Source: Rhizodiscina lignyota (taxonomy: Eukaryota). Taken from it: a stretch of 64,000 nt of DNA. Each line of letters opens with the position of its first letter. Position 1 is the first letter of the stretch. Below, piece by piece: positions 48,804 through 60,923 of this stretch. The stretch lies in the NCBI GenBank assembly GCA_010015805.1, contig ML978136.1, positions 186,001-250,000 on the forward strand, in the 5' to 3' direction. The notes beneath the pieces were generated by a model. It was not told where the DNA came from, ran no database searches, and saw only the letters and a list, made by a program, of their open reading frames with translations. Made by a program: the position numbers and the translations under genes.

Positions 48804-49328
48804 TCTCGGTTCTTCGAAAGCATTTTCTCCCTCATGATCGCTTTCGCTTCGAAACAAGGGATGTTTGGAGGTTTCACTGGGAGATCTCGCTCTCACATTC
48901 ACACCGCTGTATATGACTGCTGAGGAAAATGATGGCGAATCGTCTAACGAGGCGTTGCGAATGTTGATCGAACGGTTGCCTGCGCTTGCCAGTCAAGAAG
49001 GCTCAGTTCGCAATGTGATCGAGGCTACGATACCCGATGTGGAATCCATGGAGAGCGATGCAGCTGGACTTTGGGAAAGGACATTGGTCTCATCATGGTT
49101 GGGGTTTAAGAAATTAGATTAGTGTCATCGCTGATGACTACACCAAGCCGCCAGCGAGCGTTTAGATAACATTCCGAAAGACGCCTGAACAAATGCCAAA
49201 TATGCTTTTCTGATTGTGAAGAAAAATGCTCGCCAGCGCATTCCCATGCCCGCTTAAATCACTCCAAACCCATTACTCCGTTGATGTTGCCAGACTATCG
49301 TCGCTACTCGGTCGAAGAGGAGGCTCGT

Positions 49329-49986
49329 TTAAGCAACATCCTTGACCGCGTTCGCCTTCTTGTTCTTGAAGTGCAGCGTCGGGAGCAGGGCCACACTGGT
49401 CGTGAAGAGCAAGCAGAGAGCAATGCTCAGGCCCCAAATCGCCTTCGTCTCGAAGCACCTCGCCTGGGTCGTATGCGTCACCAGGTTGAAGAAGCTGAAG
49501 GGCATGCTGCCGGCTCCCGCGGAAGAGCTCACGGCGTCCTTGAGGCTGCTCTCGACGGCAAACGCGTACTTGAGCGGATCACCGCTGGTGGTGTGGATCG
49601 TGTAGCAGTTCAGGTAGGACACTGGCTTGCCGAAGTCGACGGCTACCACGATGAAGGCGATCAAGAGGAGGGAGTCGACGGCGGTCATGACGAAGAGGCC
49701 GAGATTGGCGGTGGCCCAATAGAAGGCGATCGATACTAGCGTGTAGAGAGTGGCGATGGAAGCCTGGGAATTTGTAAGTATTTGCGATTCAGAATGGGAT
49801 GGCGGAAGGACTTACAACGCTGAGAGCTCCAACGATTTCCTTTGGCGGCTCTTGCATGTTCATGACAATGTCGTTGATGAAGTTGCCGGTAATGCCAATG
49901 ATGACAATCATAGAGATGACTTGCATCACACGGACCATGAGGAAGGTCGCTGAGAGAGGAGCCGCTCCATAGCTTGGAATCTGCAT
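49329..49986 (-). CDS. MARVEL-like four-helix membrane protein; exons 49816-49986, 49329-49763
   Basis: Four hydrophobic segments, GKP.SYLNC, C.E.KAIWGLSIAL..LF; canonical intron. Confidence 0.85.
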
Positions 49987-51152
49987 TTTCGTGGCTGGAT
50001 GGAAGATTGTGGTTCTTAAATGGGACGGTGAATGCGGTTCGTTGAAGGCTTTTGAGGCAGAAAGACGGTCAAAAACTGGTGCAGAAGTAGTGGAATGCGA
50101 ATGACTGTGATCTGCCGGCAGATATAAGGAGTGGTATTATGCCAGCAAAGCGATTAAGATCAAGATCTTGAAGGAAGGACGCTAGGAAAGGCAAAGAAAC
50201 CCCAAGAAAGGAAATTCGTCAAGAACAGCTCGTTTGCAAGAGTGAGTGACTGATGATGATGATGAGAGAATACGGCACTGGCAGCAGACACGCAGTTCTT
50301 AAGTACCCTTCTAAGCATCAACGACATCTCAAAGCGCGATCTATATTCGGCTTGCCGCTTGAAGTTGCATGGACGCCGCTCAGATCCAAGATCTGAGACT
50401 GCTATTCTGGTCGTCCGTTGTCCAGGCAAACACATAGCGACGTTTCAGCATGTCCAGAACTGAAGTTACATGGTCCAACGAGATCCAAAACGGCCTTTGC
50501 CGTTTGATGGTGGAGGTTGTTTGGGCCAGACAGGCCAGCGCCTACGCCGAGCGCGTATGGGCCAATCAGGGACGTGCATCCACTCAGAGCACAGGATGTG
50601 CTGCCGCCCGTCGTGAGGCTCAAAATACGCGTGAACCGACGTCCAGAGAAGCTTCCATGATCAGCTGGTCCTAGCATAGGCGTAATCTAGGCTTCCAAGG
50701 TGCGGATGTCTCATGAAACTCCCGCTGCCGCCTCGCCGTGCTCGGTGTCAAGGCGCACGGGAGGTTGGACTCTGGGCGATGGCGGCGCCTAGGCAAAAGC
50801 GCTGTTGAGAGCTGAGCAATGCGTTGAGATTCAAGTTCTCACGTGTCAGTTGCTGCAGCTTAATTACTATGCACGGTGTTGCGGTTTTGCTCGTGCTCTG
50901 CGGCGGCTGTGCGGCGCCCATGGACGTGTAAAAGCGAGCTCGCCGGGCTCTAAATGTTCTCAGATTCCCATCATTGGGTTAACGACGAGGCCACAGAGAA
51001 TAGCAAATGGAATGCAACAATGAAGAGTACTTCACACATCGTGAAGGAAGACACAATTGTGAATGGCGCGCTAAGAGCCTTTAAACTCCCGAACTCGGGA
51101 GCCTAACCGGGCAGGGATCATAGCAACACTTGCCTAAAGCGGCCAAGGCGAC

Positions 51153-51231
51153 TATAAATGCTCCGCGCTCTTCATCCAACTTCTTCTTTCTTTCTCTAAA
51201 CTGACAAGAACGTACCTTCTTCACAGTATGT
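51153..51231 (+). promoter_or_regulatory. TATA box (TATAAA 51153-51158), CT-rich initiator tract and GTATGT 5' splice site (51226-51231) of a putative non-coding snoRNA host transcript
   Basis: Standard fungal Pol II core-promoter layout with no ORF downstream. Confidence 0.55.
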
Positions 51232-51235
51232 TCAC

Positions 51236-51386
51236 GGCGCTGATGACTGAATCAAAAAAAATCTTCGTTTGTCTAGGTGTCTCTATTACAAGCAGCGTAC
51301 TCCCTCGCAAGCGTTTTCGGCAACGATAACCGGCTGGGAGGCGCTTCGAGTCTTAGAGCACAATGCGAACAACAATTGTCTGAGCC
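51236..51386 (+). ncRNA. Box C/D snoRNA (about 150 nt), probably intron-encoded
   Basis: Box C TGATGA 51241-51246, box D CTGA 51380-51383, terminal GGC/GCC stem, and an internal hairpin (ctcta/tagag, agcgt/gcgct, ctccc/gggag, cgtt/aacg). It starts 10 nt after the start of a GTATGT donor. Confidence 0.75.
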
Positions 51387-51697
51387 TTCAACAAAAATTC
51401 AATGTTCACATCTCTGAAAGATACACATTAGATAGACAAGATACTTGAAATTCAAAGCATTTTACACTCGAATGTTCCCTTGACAATGTCCATAACCACT
51501 GCATAGGCAAGATGAGTGACTCCCCGTTGTCGCGTTCATGAGCCAGAAAAAGCATCGAGTGTAATCTGCGCAAATCGTGATGTCAGTGCAATATTCGAAA
51601 ATTGAAACGACCTGGCGAGTGAATCGTGGCGTCGAAAAATCCTGAAGGTGTCATCTTTCCTTGCGGCTTAACCACACTTGGACAGGAGCAGGGCATA

Positions 51698-53145
51698 TTA
51701 TTTTGCACCATTCGTGCCGTTGCTCTTCCTTTCCAAGAATTCTTTCCTGAATACCTCTTCCATCTCCTTCCTGACAGCAACAACCTGAGCCTTCTCGCTG
51801 TACTCAACGTCCTCCCAGCTAAGGCCCTCGCCCTTCTTTATGTCTCGCTTAAGCCTAATGCCGTGAGCAAGGCCAATCGGCAGGCCTTGAATCGCCAGAG
51901 AGTTTTCTGCTGGCATGAGCTTCCCATAGACCATGAAGCCACCTTCGCCGTCGAGAACCTCCCCTGCCTTGAGATCGCGCTTCGCCGTAGCGACGACATC
52001 TCCCGCAAAGGTCTTGGTCTGGCCCGTCGGCTCGCCTCGCACCATGATCGTCGCTATTGAGACACCTAGCTCCAGACCGATGAGGTGATATGGCTTGTAT
52101 TGTGCAGCGTAGCGGCCAGTGCTGTCAGTCTTGAGGCCGTACTGTTTGAAACAATCCTTCTGGTAGTCGCCGGGAGCCTCGATGATCACATACACACCCC
52201 ACCGGAGGTCGTTGAAGACTGCGCGGCCGTCAATCTCGAGGCATGACACGACCTCAACTGTGCCTTTCTTCTCAAGCTGGCCACCGTCGGATTCCGGCTT
52301 CAAAACTTCTGGCAGATCCCAAACACCGCATGGCGGAAACCGGAGACCGTCTGTTGGCGGACTCAGATCGCACCCATTGGAGACAGCAGCCATTTCGAGA
52401 GCGGACTTTGTCCCATCGAGGAAAGAGTTGAACATCTGTGGGTTGAAGTCGCCAGACGCGAGCTGTTCTTGCGTGAATCCATAATAGGACCAAACCGTGT
52501 CTGGAGTCGAAGCGTGATACTGGGGGAGATGCTTCGTTCCCTTCCCGGCGCAAACAACGTCGAAACCTGCGGTGCGCGCCCAATCAACTAGCTCTGCGAT
52601 TAAGGCCGGTTGATCGCCATAAGCCATGGAGTAGATGATGCCTGCTTCTTTAGCTTTGCGGGCAAGGAGCGGACCCGCCAGCACATCGGCTTCAACGTTA
52701 ATCATAACAATATGCTTCTTGTGTTCGCAGCACTATCGCAATCTCAGTCGTCCGATTCTGTCTGCGCTGATGTGGAATCACTCACTAGCAATGCATGTCT
52801 GACCCCTGCTGCAGGGTTTCCTGTTACTTCGAGAATCACATCGATGCCAGGAGCTGCTATCAACTCTGCAGAATCTGTCGTGATGGCGGTCTTCCCGGTC
52901 TTAATACCTTCCTCGATTGATATTGTGAAAGTTGCGTCATACTGTTCGGTAGGAAAGCCGGTCCTTTTCAATGAAGCAAGTGCTCTTTCCTTAGACAAGT
53001 CCGCTATGCCAGCAAGACGCATACCAGTTGTACGATGCGATTGCGAGATAAACATTGACCCAAATTTGCCAGCGCCAATGATTCCGACTTGGATTGGCTT
53101 GCCGGCCGCTTCGAGAGCGGCTAGCTTTGTTGATAATGAAGTCAT
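51698..53145 (-). CDS. NAD(P)-dependent oxidoreductase, homoserine-dehydrogenase-like with a C-terminal SAF domain (COG4091-like); exons 52786-53145, 51698-52732
   Basis: VGIIGAGKFG Rossmann motif, NVEAD...GPLL, YGDQP, CAGKG, FNSFLDGTK, PYHLIGLE, DVVATAKRDLKAGE.LDGEGG (SAF). Confidence 0.9.
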
Positions 53146-54300
53146 GGCTGGAAAGGAAATGTGCTTCGCGATCGTTGAGGATATGTTGAAGGTTCAAAAG
53201 GAGATATGAAAACGAACAGTCACAAGAGACTGCATTTCATCGAGGAGCATCATTCGTTCAACCCCTCTCCGATCGCGCAAGATGACCGACCGATAGGCCG
53301 GTTTACCGGTAAAGGGCGTTGTAGATGAACTATCAAGACACTTTCAAAGTTCATATCATTAGCCAAATTCGTTGAGCATAGGAAGATGAATTGTGAATCC
53401 TTTCTAGAATTCAAGCTTCAGATCCCATTGTTCGTCCTGCCGCGTCAGCCATGGAAACTCCTTGGTTTGCTTTACGGCTGGAATCCAGGCTATTGGATCA
53501 AGATATTCATTCCTGGCTCGATGCCTCGATCAGCTTGAGTACATATTGCTCTGAGTATATATAATTTTCACATAGCCAGCTGCGTTCCAACATATCGACG
53601 TGCGGAGTAGTAACGGACTGATTTAAGGGGTTGGAAGACTTTCCAAGCCCCGTACTGAGAGTAGAGTATTTTCGTCGTACCGAGTGCAGCGCTGTGGGGC
53701 CGGCCGCGGAGCGTGGCTTCCCCACAGTCACCTTATTCCAACTACGCAGCACGCGAATAACACAAATCGTACTGAAACAATGTGGTATACCGTAGAAGGA
53801 GACGATTCTGAAACGCCAATTGGTAGACGAATTTTCTCCTCTGCCGAATTCATATCGGTCCATCATACTTTCTCACATTGCAAAAGTACCTTCCAAAAAT
53901 GGCAGATTTACAATTTATCTTGAGGATGAATCGCTCCAGCCACTTGGTGAGTAATACTCCTTGCTACAGGGTCCTTGGTGATGTGTCTATGTGATGCTGG
54001 TTCGGGAATTTGCGTTTATCAAGAACGTGTTGCAGTTGGAATACTGCACGAGAAGGCGATGCAACGGCTTTCAATCACGAACATGAGAGTTTTACTAGCG
54101 TAAAATTACTGAGGTCTTATTTACAAGTCATCATAGCCGACACTGCAGAAGAGGCGCGCAGAATCTCGTGGCCTCGTCAAAGAGGTCGAAACAAGGGTAC
54201 TCCACCTATCGAAACTTCGATGCCCGCAGATGCCCACCCGTCATCAAAACAAGCAGTACTTCCAGATCGTTTTCATTTCTGATCAAACAAATCATGCTGG

Positions 54301-54903
54301 CTACGGCGTTCCTCTCGGCATTGCTGATACGGCACTGGCGGTGGGAGCTTGACTGAATGCAGCAATCGCCATGCTGAAGAGTTGATCTATTATGCCTCCA
54401 TCAATATTGGCTAGAATTGACACCAGCTGCGGCACCTTAGATGTCAAGGCAGAAGAGAACACATCTCCCGCCGATTTCTGTTGTTGCAAAGAGGCGACGA
54501 CGAGCGAGCTGACGCCGGCTTGGTCGATGTAGGGTTTCTTGCTGACAAGGTCGCTCAGCGTCGTCTTAAGCGTGCCAATCAACTGCGTTGCCGCCAGTTG
54601 TACGGAAAGTGCTGACAAGAGGTTGATATCAGGCGCGCTTTGGACTGCTGACGTCTCGTTCTGAATTGTCTGGACGATCTGAGTTGACCCGCTGTTTAGA
54701 GCTAGCAATTGCGTAAGGTCTGGCGAGTTGATGCCCTGAACAGTCATGTCAAGTGATTGAGCTGCACTCGTGACGGCATTGATAGCCCCGATGATTTGCC
54801 TCGATCCATCTGGCCCAAGGATCTGTGGATTTGCTTCGCGGGGAACAACTGACGCCAATGTCATCGGTAACAGACCAAGAGCGCTGAAGGTGGTGGCCTT
54901 CAT
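54301..54903 (-). CDS. Hydrophobic surface-binding protein A / cell-wall mannoprotein (HsbA family)
   Basis: Signal peptide and an amphipathic helical body with L..LVSKK, V..SL..QK, F..AL.SKVP, F..AI.AF. Confidence 0.85.
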   Translation of the reverse strand: MKATTFSALGLLPMTLASVVPREANPQILGPDGSRQIIGAINAVTSAAQSLDMTVQGINSPDLTQLLALNSGSTQIVQTIQNETSAVQSAPDINLLSALSVQLAATQLIGTLKTTLSDLVSKKPYIDQAGVSSLVVASLQQQKSAGDVFSSALTSKVPQLVSILANIDGGIIDQLFSMAIAAFSQAPTASAVSAMPRGTP

Positions 54904-56344
54904 CTTCGAATTTGTGCGACTGGATAATCTCCGTACAGACTCGAGTCGAAATGTGACTTTGTCTGGGGCCTATTTCACACCAAAACTCTGCTTGAGAAGC
55001 TGCAGGTGGATATTTCTGAATGAGTGTGGAGAGTGCGGTGACGTGAAGTAAAGGGCGCCATCTAAATAATTAATCAGAATACAACGCCGGCCCCGTACCG
55101 AAATTTGAGAAGCTGTTTAGATACGCCGAGCTTGCTTGTGATAGCGACGAGAGAAAGGATGTAGAGCATACGAGTCTGATAGATTAAGCAGCATGGCGGT
55201 GGAGTTCGAAAAAGTACGCGATCAGGGGTCTGTTCCAATGAGGACCCTCCAGAGCTGGTTAGAATCATCCCCGGATTCAACGACATGCAGGCACCAGCGA
55301 AGCCCATGTTAACAGACATGGTACTTGTACATCGTCATGTTCTTCATGTGCCGTTGAGATACGACCTACCTAATTAGAGTGACGGCTATCGCACTACGCC
55401 GGAGGCAAGGTCCAGAACAGTAAGATGATGCGGGAAACAACCATGCTGCTAGCAGCTCAAGGCTGCTTGTATACCGAGGAAGTCGAGGCAGCCAAATTTC
55501 TTAGCCAGGGAGTATGGCGAAGCAATCCGTCACCGTACCTAGCATCTTGACCAATCAACGGACTGCTGAGAATGAATGATAACTAAAGAGGGGCGGCAAA
55601 CGAGACTTGTGCATATGGAGACGTGACAGCGCCGCGCCGGCGAGAGCGCGCACGCTGTCAAGGCCAATCAGTGTGAAGGCAGAAGAGCAACTCGCCGAAT
55701 ACGACGCCCTGTCACACGTCGCAAGTTAGCCCGGCTAGCTTGTTTCAGGGTTCTTCAACTAATGCAGTGTACCTGTTCACAGACATCTGAAATATCGATA
55801 TGAAGATCTCGCATATGCAGATCTCGCAAATTGACACGTGCTGAGCGACTTACCTCGGGAGCTCTAGTATACCCACATGTCATAAGCAACAACGCTAACA
55901 TTGCTGGAGAAGATGTCGCCTGTGATGGCATGACGCTGACTCGGTGCTACGACTGGCGGAGAAATGAATAGCTACTTCGATAGATGACGAACAGCGAAGA
56001 CCCTTTGGATGCAGGGGGCAAGGCAAAGTTCCAAGACCATCGTTCCACATGGGTGGAGCTGCTCATTTCTACATTCCCAGAGACTTTCGAGTATCAAGGT
56101 TGTTATTGAAGTCTTGGAATAAATGACTTGAAGAAGCCTCTGTGTCAGCGCTTAGTCATTGAAGGACTCAAGCTTTTGTCTAATAAGACTCCGGCTTTTC
56201 TTCTGTTACAGTATCTCGGTCACGAAATCTAATTTTTGATACCTTTACTGTTGGAAATATTGGTCCTCTCTATGACTGGATACTGCTATTTTTGACTCTC
56301 GATGGTGGTGGCTTCGCAAAGTGCACTCTATCGGAGTCCTGCCG

Positions 56345-57313
56345 TTAACTTGCAATCTCCTGTGGACTCCTGGATTGGAGCTGTTCAAGAACCCATTCCA
56401 CCTCATTCGCAATAATCCGAGGGCGACGCATTGGAACATCATGGCCGCAATCTTCAATAACCACATACTTGCTGTTTCTGGACAAGCGCACCTGCGCCGC
56501 TCGGATTACGTCGTCATAAATGTCAAAGGTCTCGATGAATCGCTTCGCGTCTTCTCGTTCAGCTTCAGTGCCGTTTCCCGCTTTAACTCCAGCTTCATAG
56601 ATGATTCGATAGTCTCGCGCCATGTTGCATCTAATCACGCTGAGCGGCTTGTCGCCCATGATGACACGAGTATACTGCCGCCGCTGCGCGAGCGCTCTTA
56701 CACCAGTCCGGTTGTCTTCCGCTATCGCTGCTGGCTGAGTGCGTTCGATTGCTTTAATGATAGCCTCCAACTCTTCTTCTGTGTATCCAGATTCCTCGAG
56801 AAAGTGTGTAAGCTTGAGAAAATCTACATCTTTGCCAACAGCCTCCAAACTGGTAGCCGGTACATGAGGCCACAGCTCGTACATCAATTCCGCGGCTGTG
56901 TCTGCTAGAACCATTCCTGCGATTGCTTCCGAATGCTGTTCCAAAAATGTTCGGGCAATGATCCCGCCATATGAATGAGACACAAGGACATAAGGCGGCG
57001 CGACTTTGACTGCGTGCAATAGATTCCACGCCTCATAGGCAGCATCTTCAGACGTAGGATGCTCGATCGGTCCTCGCTCGCTGTAGTCATATCCTGCTCT
57101 ATCGTAGAAGTAACATCGTGAAGATTTACTGATGAGATCTTGGAGGTGCGTGTGTGCGAGAACCGGAACGCCGCCTCCAGTGAAGAATATCACGACCGCC
57201 GTGCCCGGTTTGCGTGGAGGTCCGGAGGTGGACAAGAATAGGCGATGCGTGCCGATTGAGACGAGTTCAGACTTTGTTTCCGTTTCCCATGAATTCTCAC
57301 TGCGCACAACCAT
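56345..57313 (-). CDS. Alpha/beta hydrolase fold protein
   Basis: YDRAGY..S, PPYVLVSHSYGG nucleophile elbow, GMVL.D, C-terminal CGHDV; intronless. Confidence 0.9.
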   Translation of the reverse strand: MVVRSENSWETETKSELVSIGTHRLFLSTSGPPRKPGTAVVIFFTGGGVPVLAHTHLQDLISKSSRCYFYDRAGYDYSERGPIEHPTSEDAAYEAWNLLHAVKVAPPYVLVSHSYGGIIARTFLEQHSEAIAGMVLADTAAELMYELWPHVPATSLEAVGKDVDFLKLTHFLEESGYTEEELEAIIKAIERTQPAAIAEDNRTGVRALAQRRQYTRVIMGDKPLSVIRCNMARDYRIIYEAGVKAGNGTEAEREDAKRFIETFDIYDDVIRAAQVRLSRNSKYVVIEDCGHDVPMRRPRIIANEVEWVLEQLQSRSPQEIAS

Positions 57314-57716
57314 ATTTCTGAATCAATGTATCAAAGCAAGGGGTTCGAAAGCTCGTATGCAGGGAAGTGGATTAATGCATCTGCGTTTGTGAGACCTGTG
57401 ACTGCATCAATTCGTGAAACATTCAAACTTTGAACGAAAGCTTGAGAACGTTTTCCTTGCTGTGGACATTCGTATGCATCTTATGTTTCTGTGAGAAGGA
57501 AAGTCGGAAGCTCTGTTGTTAACGTTCAGTGGATAAACCAGGATTCTTGCATGACGCCATAATGATCAGCGCAAATACGAGATATATGAACAGACAGCGT
57601 TCAATATCTGCTTTACTGACGATGGACGGATGGAAAGGAGTCAAGGAAAAATAGTTCGAGATTCAAACTGTCTTAAATTTTGTGTTATGCCAAATCTGAT
57701 AACACACTGCAGATAT

Positions 57717-58996
57717 TTAAGCAGCCTCATCCTCAATCACCAAATTCCCCACACGAAATTTCTTCCCCTTCATATTCGCGTAATCGGTATGATCGTGATA
57801 GTTCTTCACTCTCTCTCGTACGTATTCCAAGCCTCGAACTGGCTGCGCGTCTTCCTGATTCTCTGCTACGAGGCCCAATCGCTTCAACAGCGGCGATGGA
57901 GCAGGCTTAATGTCAACATCGTCACCCGGCCTCACGAAATAGAAAATCCCTAACCTATGAATATGATCTTGATCCGGAGGCGGCCTTACTACTCGATGTG
58001 TCGTCGACTTGAGATAACCGGCCGACCAGAAGTCGAGGGTGTCGCCGACATTGCAAATGATACCATTATCAACAGGCGGGACATACTTCCACTCTCCCTG
58101 GGGATTCTTCAGTTGCAGACCAGCGACATTCTGGCTCCATAGTAGCGTAAGAGATCCGAAATCTGTGTGAGCGCGCGACCAAGTGTCCTCGACCTTCGCG
58201 TCTTGCTCGAGCGTTCTGGGCCGGTATATCATATAGCGAAGATGGTCCTCACTCGGCGATGAATATTCGTGGCGCGAAGAGAAGAAGTCTTCTGGGAGCT
58301 CGAGCATAACGGAGAAGAGGGTGAAGATCTTCTTTGCGAGATCCAGTGAGCGCTGTGGAGTATGGTCAGAAATGTACTGCAGCTAACGGTCATGATGTGG
58401 AGACCATACGCGCGAGAAATCCTCGATCTCTTCCTTGAACTGATGGAAAAATGGGTGGAAAGGCTCATCTGCATATCGTGGGATGAACTTTGGAATGTTG
58501 AACGATTCGACGTTGTCCAGAACGTCTGTCCCCATTATCTTCTTCTCATTCGCCTGTATAACTGATGAGCACGATTATTCAGAATAGGGGGCTGTGTATA
58601 ACTCACGGCACGATAGCCAAAGTAATTGCCTTTGCCAAAGTCGCATCGCAAACCTGGCCTGTCTCTCTCTTCGAGAGGCAAATCATAGAAAGCTTGTGCA
58701 ATATCGTATTGGCGCTGAATTTCCTCTTCTGTGAAGCCGGTTCCGATGACACTGAAGAAACCTGTATTGTGAACCTGATCTATCCATTAGACAGTCTATC
58801 CAAGCAGGTGCTCAATGGACAGCTGGTTAGCTCATACAGCGTCACGCAGATCTTCTGCGAGCTTCTCCTTGCCACCGGGTTGATCGAAGGTGCTCAAGTC
58901 GATAATAGCTATATTAGCCCACGGCAGGTCAACGGCCGTCTTCTCTGGGCGTTGCCATTTTGGCAAAGGTATCTGTTTTGGCACTGCGGAGGGCAT
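57717..58996 (-). CDS. 2-oxoglutarate/Fe(II) oxygenase, IPNS-like (DIOX_N + 2OG-FeII_Oxy); exons 58838-58996, 58607-58774, 58410-58553, 57717-58352
   Basis: L.WA....IDLS, GFF.V, LRYM.Y.P, AHTDFGSLTLL (HxD), GLQ, NVGD.L..WS.G..KST.HRV. Confidence 0.93.
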
Positions 58997-60923
58997 TGGG
59001 ACTGATTCTCGTAGAACGTCGCCTAATTGATATTATAAAAATGTATTTAAGACAAAATTCCAATCAAAGGAGGGTTTGAATAGGAATAAGAAACATTTTC
59101 TTCCAAACATTCCCTCGGTTGCGTCATGTAGCTCTGCGGAGCGGCTCCAAAGCAAGCACGCAATACCCGCATCACGCTATCCTCAAGTGTACCAATCAGA
59201 ATGTCTGCGAGGAACGGGCGATTGCAGATGACAGAAATGACAGACGACAATTGGTAGCTGGAATTATGTACTGAGATAGAAATCATCTTACGCGGTAGGA
59301 ATTAAGAGGTGGTAAGGGTAAAACACGATTGCTTGTGATGGGCTGAAGAACAAGATTTTCTGAGTTTTGGTGGTTTCTCTGTTTTGCGATCATATCGTAG
59401 GCTTGGAGTAGGTTGGCATTCAGATATGGCAGAGGAGAAGGGGAAAAAGGCAATATCGTGATATAAATTTGAAACACAAATTGAGTTCTCACTCTGGAGT
59501 GCCTTTCACCGTGAGGACTCTCCTGGGAGCTTGGGACGTTTGTCATTCCCGAGTGTCCCGTGCTATGCACTGAGATTCCTGCACCCCACGTGTACCTGAG
59601 ATATGCCGAAACGAATTCAGGAACAAGCGGCTCATACCAGGCATTTATTAGATCCGATACCATGGCTGGCTCCGTTGCATCTTGGCAGCGTTCTGTCCAT
59701 ATCAAAGTCGAACTGTGAGATGCCGTCTATTTCCGAGACTCCGCCGCCTCTCGAACCCATGTGCACACCCACATAGCGGCATCCAGCTCCCAATCGAGAG
59801 CTGCACCCCAATGATGTGGATATCATATCAAAAGCGATGAATGAGCTGACTGAATCCTTTTTCGTCCAGTCTGAAGTTCGCAGGTGAATTGCGAGCGCAC
59901 GTGACATTACGCCACCACTCGTAGGGCTGACTCTAGGCAGAAGATCCAGGATCTCATCTTTGGATCTGATGTCGTGAAAATCCACTATCAGGGATTTTCC
60001 AGGGATTTTCACATGTCGTATACCGCGATACCGCCGCGGAACCATCTCCTGTGTCTCGGATGTGTGAAAGAGGTGTGGATATGAAAAGCTCTTGCAGAAA
60101 AAAGCAGAAGGCTGGGAGACACACTGATTGGCCGCCGCACACAACTCTATCCGGCTTCCAATCCTGTTGCTGAAGACGCCTTCCTTGCCGTTGACTCCTC
60201 CAAAATACGCGCTGGCCCCAATCTCAGCCGTCTCCTGTCCCAGGAGCATCAACGATTCACTCTTCCTCTCGAGATTGCAATTGTCGTCGACGCGAGCCGC
60301 TCAGTCCCCGCATTGAAGCAACATCCATTTTAGCGTGGTTCACTGGTCGGGTCCACGGGTCGTGCCTCTCTCCCACCCACTGGTATCCGTCATCTGAACT
60401 GGGATCCGCTGACGAGGTCGCTATTCGGTCCTTCAACCCTCTCCCCCTATCCCTCAGTCGCATACGCAATCCCGTCTCCCAAACGTCGAATTGTCCTCAA
60501 CGCCCTTATTCTGCTCGCCCTTCGATATCGCCAAAGCATCTGCGCGCTTCAGCTGCGCCGCTCGACCTGCTCTCAACGCTGCCTGAAAAACTTGATTCGC
60601 ACCCCTCAGAGGCTTCCTGCATCGAGGATCCTGCACATAGCCACCAGCTCAGCTCCTATAACATATATCTACCGTTGCGCAATTCCACCGCAGTGAAACG
60701 AACTGGAACTTATGCGTTGGCGTTGTCGCAGTCGCACAACTTCATAACGTACGGACCAAGCGACCGCAAGCGGCATCAGCGAGCTCCACAACCCTTCCGG
60801 AGTACCACTGCGTTGCGTTTGGACGATGAAATATTAAATATACGACCATCGGCCTTGATACTGAGCATTTGCGGCTCCGATTCTGCTCGCGGGAGGCTTG
60901 TCCGACAAGGGACTGGCTGAAAC

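Noticed and set aside
51387..51690. U14 snoRNA as a partner downstream of the C/D snoRNA
   Set aside because: No recognisable U14 domain A/B elements and no second C/D box pair.
59283..60252. 140-aa and 206-aa minus-strand ORFs
   Set aside because: No motifs or coding-like composition; they lie in the divergent promoter region between two real genes.
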